Shown here in pieces: positions 40,212-53,249 of a stretch of DNA of 64,000 nt (positions are counted from its first letter, which is position 1; every line of letters begins with the position of its first letter). Position numbers and translations under genes: made by a program. The notes beneath the pieces were generated by a model. It did not search any database, had not been told where the DNA came from, and saw only the letters and a list, made by a program, of their open reading frames with translations. Where the stretch lies: the NCBI GenBank assembly GCA_951406725.2, contig OX597815.1, positions 212,288,001-212,352,000 of the forward strand, given 5' to 3'. The stretch is from Octopus vulgaris (taxonomy: Eukaryota).

Positions 40212-43200
40212 TTAATATCCTTTCTACTAGAGGCAAAATGCCTGGAATTTTTGAGGAGGGAACTAGTCAATCTAACTGAGACCAGTACTCAACTGGTACT
40301 TCTTTTATTGACCCCAGACGGATGGAAGGCAAAGTTGACCTCAGCAGCATTTGAATTGAGAACATAAAACCAGAAATGGCATTAAGCATTTTGTCTGGTG
40401 TGCCAAGAACTTTTTCAGCTCACCATTTGATCATCTCTTTAATATAAAACCATAGTGAGGAAGAAAGATATTTTTCTATCGTGCTGGACAAAATTGAAAA
40501 TGTACAGGAAAAGAATGAAAATACACAACTTCTGATTATATCACTTAACTATCACAGGAACTGAAACTAGATAGGAATTTGATTAATGATAAAAATCACG
40601 ACTACGAAAATTTTAATTCCATGTGAAATGGCACCAACACTAAAATAAATGCATAAAATTGGTAAATTTACTCAATTTTTCAAGCAAATAATTCATCCCT
40701 AAAACTGAATTTTTTAATACATTTTTTTAACTGAACCTACTGAATTCAAGTTTTTTTTTACCCCCACCCAGTACCTCAAACCTCAGTATTTCCTCCTTCC
40801 CATTTTTTGTATAAGTCAAAGCACTAACAAACACCTCAGAGGTAGTTGTAAGTTCTAAGACCCAAATCTTAAGAAACAGCCCAAGGCAAAAATGAAACTG
40901 TCCTGACTTGTGAGCTGACCAAGTGAAACAGCTTCACTTAAATGACTATGCCAAGTTCAGAATGTAATGATGACCTTTGTAAATGACTTCTAAAAGATTT
41001 TTCAGTGTTAAATATGGATAAAATATTTGTAGCACATTCAATGGAGTGAGTGTTCGCAAGCTGTCTCTGTAAACAACATGATATTTACTCTTAACTAAAT
41101 AAACCAGTTCATGTAAGCATGCATAGTGTACGTATATTTGTATATGTTTATGGGCATGCCTATATATATTTCAACCAAACATCAAAATACATGGACAAGA
41201 TATATATATATATATATATATATGCTTATAAAATGTTATTATTACTTGCAGAATTGTCACACATCACTGCTTCTCAAATCACTGCAGAAAACACACATGC
41301 TTGTTTGTTTAAAAAAAACAACTCTTTGAAATTATAGTTCTTAAATCTAATGGGAAGAAGTGAATGGATATGTTGGTGTAATGATAGCACATTAGAGGCA
41401 TAAGTTCAAGCCCTAATATTAGACTATTCTCATTAGTCAATACACAGTGATCACTTATATGCTTTAAGCTTATAAACTATTATTATTACTTGCAGAATTG
41501 TCACACATGCTTTTTGTTTGTTTGTTTGTATGTATGTATGTATATGTATTTCATGTTACAGTTAGAAGCAATGCAAGTTATCAGAATTTTCCCATTTGAG
41601 TATGATAAAGCAACTCATTGCAAATCCTTATGAGAGTAGTTGTGTAAATGGAGTAAGGAATGGTAAGCGTACAATGGTATGGAGCCATAAAATGTATAAT
41701 AAGGAAGTCATATTTTGAAATATCTTAACTGTAAGAGATGAATCTCATTTTATATGCTGCAAAATGATCTGAGACAAATGTATTAAATGCATTCAAAATA
41801 TCATTACTTGGTTTGATTTCATTATCACACACACACACACACACACCTAAGTATATATACTCTGTAGATTCTCGTGTCTAACAATAAATGAAGAGGATGA
41901 AAAAGAAAAAACAAGCACTAAAATGAAAAACAACTATCATTAGCAAGAGAAAAATATAAGCATTGTTATAAGGCAAAAAATAATGGAAAGCAAAAAGAAT
42001 GAAATTTAAAGCAATGAATATATAAAGAAGTAAAATGAAAATGAATGATTTAAAAAATTAATTAAATAATTTTTTTAACTTTCAACAAGTGTAAACATTG
42101 TACAGAAATGAATGGAAAAAAGCCATGTCAGTCTTGGCATATGAAAGTGTTCCAAATTTCAAACATCACATAGAAAATATGTAAATAGTTATTGTAGTAG
42201 TGGTTGTAGTGTGTACCAAAAAATAATATTGAAATGATTGGAAAATTAAAAAAATAAAAAATTTAGGGGGGAAAAAAAAAGGAAAAATTTTACAAAACCA
42301 AACATTTGTCAATGAGATGTAATGAGAACAAATGTAAAGAAAAATGGTCAGCAGCAAAAGGGAAGAAAAAAAAAAGAAAAAAAAGCAAGAGATGCAAGAA
42401 TATTCAAAACAATTGAGAATAAGGAAATCTAAATAAGGCCACACAACTAATATGTTAAGCAGCTAGTTGAGCACTAAACAACAGAGAGGAAATGTGTAAC
42501 AGACTCAGAACCCAAAGAAGAAGAAATACTCAAAAGGGCAAAAGAAAAAGAAAATCATTTGTTAATGAACAAATAAGCAAAGACAATATTTAAACAAAAT
42601 TCATGCAAATTGGATTTAAATAAACAATGATACACAAACATTTATACATGAACTTATACATATATGTGTACATAAAAACAGTTAGTTTGAATTTGTGTTT
42701 TACAATTAGAATTCTGATATATAAATTAGCTGCTATCCTGATTAAGTCTACACTCATCAATACTTTGACTCAAATAATTTGTATGCTGTTTCCAGACTCT
42801 CATAAAAATATAATCAGTCTTTTTGACAAATAACAAACGAATCTCAGCCAGAAACTAAGAGGAAAATGGATTCCTTGATTTCGATCCAATACTTCAATGG
42901 CCATTTTAATACGACAACAAGAAAGTGATATTTGCAATGTTAAAAAAAAAAACCTCTATTTATCCATCCCATCTGTTTCTACTACCTTTCTGCATGATCA
43001 TCATCATCATAACATTGATTTCTTCGTGCAGAAATGAACTACATGGGGCCTACAACTAAAAGGCATTTCTCTATTTGTTGTGATTCGGCATAATCTTGTT
43101 CATGGGGCATGGCAATCCTCAGATTTGATCTCCCAAGTATAAAGGCTGGACAAGTTTCTGGCAAGAAATACTCGACAAACCTACAGAGCATGAATACTGA

Positions 43201-45023
43201 GTACTGCTAGGGTTTCAATTTTTATATAATTAAGAAGACAGTGGTGCAAAACAGCATGACTAAAGGGTATGGAAATGGCAATTTCCATACCCTAACCAAA
43301 GCCATATATTATTTATTTGACTGGTATTTTATTTCAGTCAAATTTGCAACACACTTAAAAGCTATAGCAACATAAACATGCAAATTGGAAAGGACAACAG
43401 TTGGATATCAAAATAGCAAAACTGAAAAGAAGCAAAAAGAAGCTTAGCTAGAAGTCACATTAAGGACAACAAGAGACAAATTTATATGCATTTTTGCTCA
43501 ACCACATGTAAATGGAATTAAGCTGCTGTTTGTAAACCTTGATAACAATAACTTCATGAGTAGTACAGATCAAATGAATCAGATAATGAATAATTAGGCA
43601 ATTATTAGATTATGTAATGAGTGGTGACAAGTACAGTGAATGCAATTTTAGGACCAAATTTTAAGGGGCTCAAAAGCAATGTGACCTATATGCTTTTCTG
43701 AGTAGATGTTACAATGCAACTGAGGGAAGGCTATAATAAATAAAAATAATGAATAACTGCTGAAAGGAAGGCAACAGTTTGCTGGTGAGACATTCTCTGA
43801 ATTTTACCAAAGCCTGCAAAATAGGGAAATCCAATGTTTGCAAGAGACTGTGCCAAGAAAGCCAAGATCAGAAAAGGGAAGCACTCAGTGGTCAACCAAT
43901 TGAAAAAACTTCCCAATGTGCATTCTGCAACTTTCCATGATAGAAATGTTTCTGTATATATAAATTAATTTTTGTTAACTATGTTATTTCGAATTTACTT
44001 CATTTCCATTTCATTTTTAAAATTATATTTACCTGACAAATTCAGGAGAACTATTGAATTAATGAATCATTATTATGTGTGTAAGTGCATCTGAATTTAT
44101 TCCATGTTATAGCTTTCATCAAATATGCTGATAAATCCCGGCATTTCTGGTTATTTACCTACTTTATGTGCACTCGCGTTCAAATAAAAATCCTATAATG
44201 TGGTGCACAATTCCTCTGTTGTGTGTGTGTGTGCAGGTACGCACATTTATTTCCCAGCAGAATATAAATAATTCATTTTACATTTTTAGGACCAAAAAAT
44301 TTTAATAAGTTAACATTTCGCTAAGCTTGCTTCTAAATACAGTAGTTTCAAGACAAAATTTATGCCATAAATTTTATACAAGAAACTTTTTTACTAACTT
44401 CTATTCCAAATGCCAAATTCATATAATAATAAACAAAAATATTATTTTTGTTTCAGAAAACCTAAGTTCACAAATATTTTAGAATGTAAATGAAGCACGT
44501 AAAGATATATCTTAGTTAGAAATATAATAAAAAGACATTTCCATAAAGCAATACAACAGCATTATTGCAGCCATACTTTGGTTAAACAGGTTTATGTCTA
44601 TAACCTAGAAGAGAGATTACCATTACTATGTGACTAATCCACACCTCTATGCAGATAGGCACAGAGGTGGAGAAAAGTTCTTGTTAACGACGACACACAA
44701 ATATCTCATTAATTTCAAACCCTACCTTCCTCTAACAAACATACAGGACTCTAATATAATATCTCTAAACCTGCTAGAAACAACAACTAGACTTCCCTCA
44801 GAGCACATTTCACTAATTTCTTTTTTTTTTTTTAAAATCATGATACGCTGGATAATGTAATCCTAGATACATTAAGACATCTCAAAATAAGACAGGATAG
44901 TCGCAGCTGGAATGACTAATACTTGGTCAGCTTAATCAAAGCCAATTTAAGGCACAACAACAACAACAACAACAACACACAATTATTATGTAGAACATAT
45001 AACATTTCTATGCTTTAGTTTAC

Positions 45024-45196
45024 CATAAGAAGAATAAGCATCACCGGAGCTGACGCTCCTCTGGTGTCCCTGAATGGCATCTGATGGCATCGTGCTTAAG
45101 TTCATCATTGATTGACTTGGCGTTGGGTTCTCTCTGGCATCGTGAAAGGAGTCTTCATCAGATTCCTCTGCTCCAGTTAGGCTATTCAAACTATGG
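45024..45196 (-). CDS. Coding exon (173 nt, phase 2 to 1): (S)HSLNSLTGAEESDEDSFHDARENPTPSQSMMNLSTMPSDAIQGHQRSVSSGDAYSSY
   Basis: Acceptor ttatttctag, donor ATG|gtaaac. In frame with both neighbours; GC content above the flanks. Confidence 0.87.
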
Positions 45197-45574
45197 CTAG
45201 AAATAATAAACAAAATGATTATGTTAGTAGGGTTGTTTTTGTTTTTTTTACCAAGGACAACATCAACAACATCAACAACCTCATGTGGCTTTTAATGTGT
45301 ACGTTTAGTTTTTAGATATGTACTTTATGGATCTTTAGGAAAAGGCATCAAACTAAAATCTCAATTCTTCTTTCATCTTAAGACTGCAAGCAAGCTTCAG
45401 TGTTGTCTTCATTTCTTATCATATTGACCCTAGGACTTTCTCTGGGACATTTTCTTTGTGTTGATCTCTCTTATAAGGGCCAAATGATAATGCCAACTTT
45501 TGCATAAAGGACCTTAACTCATAAGAAATTCAATACCACAGAGTATTTTTGTTTCAAACGCTGATTTACTTTAA

Positions 45575-45793
45575 CCCTTTAGTATTTAAACCGGCCATAT
45601 CCGGCCAAAATAGTTAATCTGTTTTATGTTCAAACAGACCAGATCCAGGCTCTCACACCTACCCTACAATGTTATTCTACATTAAGTAATTACACCATCA
45701 ACATCTTGAAGATATGAGATAATGCATGATTAACTCAAATCAATGTGAATCAATAAGCATTATGTTTGATAGAATAATCTGAACACTAAAGGG
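45575..45793 (+). mobile_element. Second piggyBac-type MITE family
   Basis: TTAA|ccctttagt ... actaaaggg|TTAA. Decayed relatives at ~7118-7343 and ~58908-59129. An adjacent degenerate TTAA MITE (45798-46030) shares the TTAA. Confidence 0.8.
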
Positions 45794-47522
45794 TTAAACT
45801 TTTTGTTATCATATTTCTTTTGAAATTTACTGACTTTATTTCAATTGATATTGAAAATAATGAAGGATTACTTGAATTAATGTTGTTTTTTTTTTTGTTA
45901 CTATTAAGATGTGTTTGGCACATAAATTAAAATACAATTTTGATGGTAGGTTTTGATTTAGATCACTTTAAAACAGGAAATTTGTGAAATAGAACTAAGA
46001 ACCATCTCAGGTAGGTTGGTATCAAAAGGGTTAACCATTTCATGTCAGTGCATGCACACACACACATTCATACACACACACACATGCACACACACACACA
46101 TTCATGCACACCCATACATGCAAGCACACACTTTATTCTTTTACAGGTTTCAGTCATTGGACTACAACCACACTATACTACTGGCTCCTGCTAGCACCAG
46201 TACATATTTCAGTCTTGTAATTTTATCAATCCCTACTTTTAAAACTGCTAGGTTATGAGAAGTAAAGGGATGCAACAATGGCTCAGGTCTTCAAGTCTCT
46301 GGTCTTCCTTGTTTTACTCTATAGCTTTGAAGCTTGACACTGTCAGGGGGCCTCAGGAGCCACATGAACTCCTTTGGCATTAGGACATTTTGTGGGATAA
46401 TGGGCTACTATTGTTGGTCACCATGGTCAGATATTTTATCCAGCCGATGACTTAAGCGCAAAAATTGGGATGTGTCCTGTTATAGGATTCAGGAGTATCC
46501 AGTCAGATACACACATATACATACAAACACACAATCATACATACAAAAAAACAAAACACACACAAACACAATGGGCTTCCTACAGTTCCTCTCCCTCAGA
46601 TTCATGCACAAGGTATTGGTTGATCTGGGGCAATAGTAGATGCTTACCAAAAGTGCTGCAGAGAAGAAGTCTGAAATTGCATGACTGCAAAGAGAACTTC
46701 TAAACCACATAGCCATACCTACCTCTATCCATGCCTGTGTTCGTGTGTGTGTGTTTTAATAATTTGGGTTGTGGACAAGGACATTGCTTATGGTGATCAT
46801 AGGCACTCTGGCACCATTAAGCTTGATGAGATTAAAAACTGGAAACCAATATCTACAGGAAAAACAAGAGAGCAGGTGATGGCATCTCACACCATGCTCA
46901 TGCCCAGGTTATTTTCCCAACCAACTCCCACTCTACACATGAATAATAAAGACTACAAACTATTAATACACCTCATTATGTCGTGATTTTATCCATGCTG
47001 CACCTTGAGAAACTTAAAGTGCAATATAGCACCTGGCACCTGTGCTGGTGTCACTGCAAAAGGCCAATGCCCCCACCCCACTATACTCTAGAGGGTGATT
47101 TGGTGAATGAGCAGAGGAAAATATTGAGAGGTCTCTTTAGCTTTGTCTTACCAAGAACTTGACACCCTCTCTAATGTTGGTACCACCAAAAAAAAGGGCC
47201 AAATACAAGTGGAGAGTAAACAAGTGAAAAAATTATGAGGTTGAGGAGTCTCTTTAGTCGTGTCATACCAAGGACTTGGTAATCTTTCCAGTGATTGTGC
47301 CAAGAGAAAATGTCCCTAGTACAGCCTGTGAAGTAGTTGGCAGCTGTAAAAACCATGTTAAAATGACAAACACAAGCACCATTCTTATGAGAGCAGTGGC
47401 TTCCAATAAAGAAACAGCTCAGCTGCTGAAGATTTGAAGTGCTTCAATCAACAGCCACAACAATAAAAAACATTAAGAATAATAATTCAAAATCTTTTTA
47501 AATGTTACAGATATTGACTTAC

Positions 47523-48027
47523 CTTTTCCCACTGAGTGATGAAGCCATGGTTGACCGGATATAACTTAGGTTCCTATGGGATTTAGGGATTTCTGAGTGA
47601 GTTCTCTGATGGCCACGGATTTCTTTGTGAGACCCTGAGCCAACATGCTCCCCATATCCAGCACTTACAGGACCAGGATCAAAATCCTCTTTATCTCTGC
47701 CAGCAGCAGGAATAAATCGGCCTTCTGTGCCATGAACACATTCAGCGGTCGATTTCACTAGTTCGCTTACAGCAGACGTGAAATTGCTTTCTGTTGTAGG
47801 CGCAGTGGACACAGCCAAATTCTCAGATGAGTTACCCACGGTGACTCCATTGATGCAGATACGGACACCAGAATCATTACCGTCCGCTGCACCATAGACA
47901 GATTCGTAGTCGTTATACAGACCGGTATTCAATAAATTTCCTGACAGGTCCGGTGCGAAGACAGCGTCACTGTAGACAGGTTGCCGTTCAACCCCAGGGG
48001 CCAAGTCCAGCATTGATCTGTGATGAA
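47523..48027 (-). CDS. Coding exon (505 nt, phase 1 to 2): (V)HHRSMLDLAPGVERQPVY...HRNLSYIRSTMASSLSGK
   Basis: Longest non-repeat ORF in the window. Acceptor tactttgcag, donor AAG|gtaagt. In frame with 52851-52944 and 45024-45196. Confidence 0.9.
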
Positions 48028-48619
48028 CTGCAAAGTAAGCATATGAAATCTTACTGAATATATAAAGAAAAAACAACAAAAGCGGTGAAAATATATACTA
48101 ATGGTAAAAAGAGAAGTGACAGTGTTGGTGAAGCTAGTGAAATAGCAGCAAAGAGTGATACTGGTAGAGGTTTTTATGGTAATACAGATGGAATTGATAG
48201 TATTAAATAATTATAGTCTTGGTGGTGGTTGTGACAACAGTTTTAATATTACTGGCAATGATCAGGGACAGATTTACGTATGGGCTAATATGGACCATGG
48301 TCTAGGGTTAACTCAGAAAAGCCTAAAGTTTGAAGGTAAAAATTTAAGAATTTATTTACAGCAATCCAATATTTTTTTTACCCGTTTGAATGTTTTTTAA
48401 TGCAAAAAAAAAAATTGTTGTATTTCGGAATGGTCATTTTGCCAGTTTAGCCAATAAATGCAAAAAAAAAAGTTATTTTAAAATTATTCAACCTTCTTCT
48501 GACTTATTGGGCCTTTTTACATTTAAAAAACCATTATATTTAACTGAGTCACTTGGAGTCTATTAAGGCCCTTTTAAGATTTGAGGTTTCCTTAAACTGT
48601 TTGGGAGCTCTAGACTTAA

Positions 48620-48811
48620 CCCTTTCATTACCAACCCGGCTGAAACTGGCTCTGGCATTAAGTACAAATGTCTTGTTTTCATAAGTTTTGAATTAAAATC
48701 TTCCACCAAACCTTAGTCACAATTTATGTTCCTAACACTAGCTTAATGATAACTAAGTTATTTCACTAAATTCTTTCTTATATTTAAAGTAATTGAAAGA
48801 AACAGAGAGCA
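48620..48811 (-). mobile_element. Truncated piggyBac-type MITE
   Basis: TTAA|ccctttcattacc; same family and orientation as 16907-17121, with the far TIR lost. Confidence 0.75.
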
Positions 48812-49499
48812 TGAAGCCCTCTTTATTTTATTATGTGTATCAAAGTCATAAGGGCCCCACTAGGTCTCAATCTGAGACCAGGGATGATAGGGTTAGCTGT
48901 TCTGAGGATGAGGGGAATAGTGGTGAAGATGATGATAGAATACTAACGATAATTGGAATAATGCCAATAAGCAGTCTCGCAGATTGTTCTTTCAGGCTTC
49001 ACTCACTGGATTACAGCCGTGATAAAATGGTAAAGGTCCCTTCAGTCATAAATGACTAAGGGATTGCACCTACAAAGTTCCCCTCCGAGACACAAGTCCA
49101 GGCAAGGTTATTTATGGAAGACTAACAGTCACCCATGCATACCGTTTCCATGCCACCGATGTTATCAAGGAGAAAGGCAAAAGCTGATACAGTTTGGTTA
49201 CCAGTGACATCACAACTCATTTCTACAGTTCAAGAACACAACGCATAGCCCTGTCCGACAATCAAACTCACTACCACGTGATTGTGAACCCGATGCCCTA
49301 ACCATAGAGTCATGCACCTTCAGGAACTACAGCCAATGATGAGACACTTTAAAAAGTTTCAGTCATTCAAATTAATTCCGAACTAACTTTTAAAACTTGG
49401 TTCTTATTTTATAAGTCTCTTTTTGCTGCACAGCTACATGACAGGGATATAAACAAACCAATACTGGTTGCCAATGCAATAGAGACAAACGCAAAGACA

Positions 49500-49539
<40 letters not shown>

Positions 49540-50161
49540 TGCCTGTCTGTGTCTGCCTGTCTGCATCTTGCTCTGCCAAATTTCATCCACAGGGAATCAG
49601 TCAGCGAAGTGTCATAGTAGAAGACACTTGCCTGAGGTACTGCATGCTGGGACTGAACCCAAAACCATGTGGCTGTGAAGCAAACTTCTTAGCCACCCAC
49701 ACAGACTGTGTCTGTGTCTATTAATTAATAACAAAAGAAAAAAAAAAGGGGGAAATCAATACTATTTCTTTTAATTAGAAGATTTAATTTATATTGTTAC
49801 ATACAAGTAATCTAACCAACCATTGTCACTTCTACCATTGACAGCTTCAATGGTGGAAAGAATGAAAAGAAGCTTTTGTTCAATCCATAACTGATGGTGA
49901 TGATGAAGAGGGGGGGGCAATGACAGAATGGCAGTAATGGTGGTGGTGGTGGTGGTGGTGGTGGTTGCGAAAATGTCTTGGAATTGTGAAGCACTGACTA
50001 CAAGAACCAATGAGTTAGTATCCAAGATATAAAAGCCTATGAGTGAAATTGGAGAGAGGCTGGCATGGCTTGGATGGTTTGGCTGAGAACTGGAAAGCTG
50101 GGGAGCTGCACCAGGTATTCTGATCTGATTTGGCAAGGTTGCTACACCTGGAGGTATATAT

Positions 50162-51008
50162 ATCATCATCATCATCATCATTTAACGTCCGCTTTCCATG
50201 CTAGCATGGGTTGGACGGTTCAACTGGGGTCTGGGGAGCCCGAAGGCTGCACCAGGCCAGTCAGATCTGGCAGTGTTTCTACAGCTGGATGCCCTTCCTA
50301 ACGCCAACCACTTCGAGAGTGTAGTGGGTGATTTTATGTGCCACCGACACAGGTGCCAGACGAGGCTGGCGAACGGCCACGCTTGGATGGTGTTTTTATG
50401 TGCCACCGACACAGGTGCCAGACGAGGCTGGCGAACGGCCACGCTCGGATGGTGTTTTTATGTGCCACCGACACAGGTGCCAGACGATTCAAAATCAAAC
50501 CAAATTCGTCAACTGGCACTAAACTCTGCTTGTGAAGACCTGTTGGGGCAAGTGAAATCGAAATTGAACCAAATTCGAAGACTGGCACCTGTGCCAGTGG
50601 AGCGCTAACAGCTCCATCCAAGCGGGATCACTGCCAGAGCAGCTGTCTGGTACGTAAAGTGCACCATTTGAGCGTGATCGTTGTCAGCGTCGCCTCACTT
50701 ACACTTGTGCCGGTGGCACGTGAACAAAACATCCGAGCGAGTGCTGCTGGACTAACTCCTGTGCAGGTGGCATGTAAAAAACACCATTTTCGAGCATGGC
50801 CATTGCCAGTACCGCCTGACTGGCCCTCATGCCGATGGCACGTAAAAAGCACTCACTACACTCTTGGAGTGGTTGGCATTAGGAAGGGCATCCAGCTGTA
50901 GAAACTCTGCCAGATCAGATTGGAGCCTGGTGCAGCCATCTGGTTCACCGGTCCTCAGTCAAATCGTCCAACCCATGCTAGCATGGAAAGCAGACGTTAA
51001 ACGATGAT
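50162..51008. mobile_element. Head-to-head pair of family B 3' ends with tails pointing outward
   Basis: Left arm begins (cat)n ttaacgtccgc and right arm ends gacgttaaacgatgat. The left arm has a 62-bp tandem repeat (50341, 50403, 50465). Confidence 0.82.
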
Positions 51009-52850
51009 TGATATATGGAGGAAAAATAATATTACATGACTTCAATGTAACATAATTTCTATCATAGATTGTAGTAAATATTTTAAAACAGTGGAAGAAA
51101 AATTCAATTCTTAGATGTCTTGCAAACAAAGAGAATTGAATTTTTTTTCCACTGTTTTAAAGTATTTACTACAATCTATATTATTAAAAAATTATCTTTG
51201 CCATTTGACTTCTCCATAACAGAATAATACAGGACTACACTAACATTTCTTTGTTTTATATTGAGGGGTTATAATAACAGGGTGTGAATGCTCATAGAAC
51301 AGGTCTCAAATAATAATTTTTATACAGATGAGTAATGAAAATTTCTGGCATAAGTACAAAGCCCCATATATGAAGGAAAAAGTTAAGGGATTAAACTGAT
51401 CCCTGTACATGACAAGTACTATATTTTATAGACCCAGGAAAAATGAAAGACAAGGCTGACCTGGCAGAATTTGAAACTAGACTATAAAGATTTGAAACAA
51501 AATACTGCAAGGAATTTTGTCTGACACACTAATGATTCTGCCAATAACTGATAGGTAATAATGACAAAATAAGGCTATAAATAATGCTATAAAACAGGCC
51601 CAGACTAATATTTTGGATACTGATGTATAATATAATCAATCTAATATTTTTATTTTCATCCATATATATATATATATATATATCTATTACCATTCTTTCT
51701 TTTATTCTTTTACTGGCCTCAATCATTGGTTGGCTGGCATACTGCTTTGAATGGTGTATATTGTTGATTATATTGATCTTGGTACTTAACTGGTACTTGT
51801 ATCGACTTTGGAAGGATGAAAGACAAGGTCAACTTTGGTGAAGTTATGGTGGTGGTGGTGGTGGTGATAATTTAATGTGTTACCTTTTTTTTTTTTTAAT
51901 AACTTTTGATAGAAGTAAGAATGAAAATGAAAGATTGAAATTTGAAGAGATTTGAAGAGATTTTTTTCCCTACCAACTGGAAAGTAGTGATTATTGGCAT
52001 AATCTAAAAAGTAGTGATAATGCATTTATGGATAATTGTTTGCAAGAAAAACACATTCAAATTCAAATCAGAGAGAGAGAGAGGGAGAGAGAGAGAGAGG
52101 GAGAGGGAGAGAGTGTGAGTGTAATTTTTTTGCAACAGATTAAACATTTTTGAGATGAAGTCTAAAATATGATAAATAATAATGTGTTTAGTTATATTTC
52201 TCAAGGTTGTTGCATGGTTCCAAATATGTGCAATCTTTGTTCCTACACTATTTAATGTCTCTTTTCCAAAGATTTCTAGCAATGTAAGGCACCCTACAGA
52301 AGAGTGCCTGCAAGCAGTGCCCAACTGCCATTTGTGATATGCTTACTTTATCGATGCCTAAAGAACAGAGGTTTGTTACTCTTGCAGACAGCAGATAAGG
52401 TGAAGTGCATCAAGTTTATCAGAAGGAGGTAATATAGATGAAATGTTGCAAAGATTATGAAACTGAAGGCAAAGTAAGATGGTAAAAATATGCTTTGCAG
52501 TGCTATCTGAGGACACCATACTGAAAATATTCTGAGTGAAAGGCCCAGTCTTGTAATGATTCTGTTACAGACTAGAAATGAAATGATAAAAGAAGGTATT
52601 AGAGTTTTCTACCTTACGTTAGATACATCCTTCCTTCCTTCAAAATGAATGTAAGCAAGGTTGAAACAATTTTTGTGATACTGTACGTTTCATGTAGCAC
52701 AGTGTCAACAATTTTTCAGATATGTTCAGCAAAAGATCAGAAACAAATACAGTAAATAGCATTATGTACTCAATAAAGTGTATATCTTGTATTCCAGGGT
52801 GTTTGTCTGTAATATAAAATACAGTGTCAGCCAATAAAGACATAACTTAC

Positions 52851-52944
52851 CTGATTCTTCAGAAGCTGATGGAGAAGTACATCTGTCTTGGGCATCAAGG
52901 ATTGGGCACGAACGATACCGCTGAAGGTTGTCAGGCTTCACATT
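52851..52944 (-). CDS. Coding exon (94 nt, phase 0 to 1): NVKPDNLQRYRSCPILDAQDRCTSPSASEES
   Basis: Acceptor taattttag, donor CAG|gtaagt. In frame with 47523-48027. No upstream exon was found in the window. Confidence 0.83.
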
Positions 52945-53249
52945 CTAAAATTACAGAAAAAAATAATAAATAAATAAAATATAAAATACAATACAATTCA
53001 TGATTCATCAACATTGGTTTCTATGTATGTTCCACAGTTAGAGTTAAGATAAAGCAAAATGAAAGTTTCAGTCTACCGCTGACAATGACATTCTCCGATA
53101 GATGTAGAGATTATGAATATACACTGTCAGGAGTATAGAGGAATCAAAACTCTTGGTGCTAACTTCAGGCAACAGACCATCAAACAAAAAAGGTAAGTTG
53201 GCAAGGCAGGAAAATTTCATAACTACCAGGAAATGGGAGAGTTTACAAG

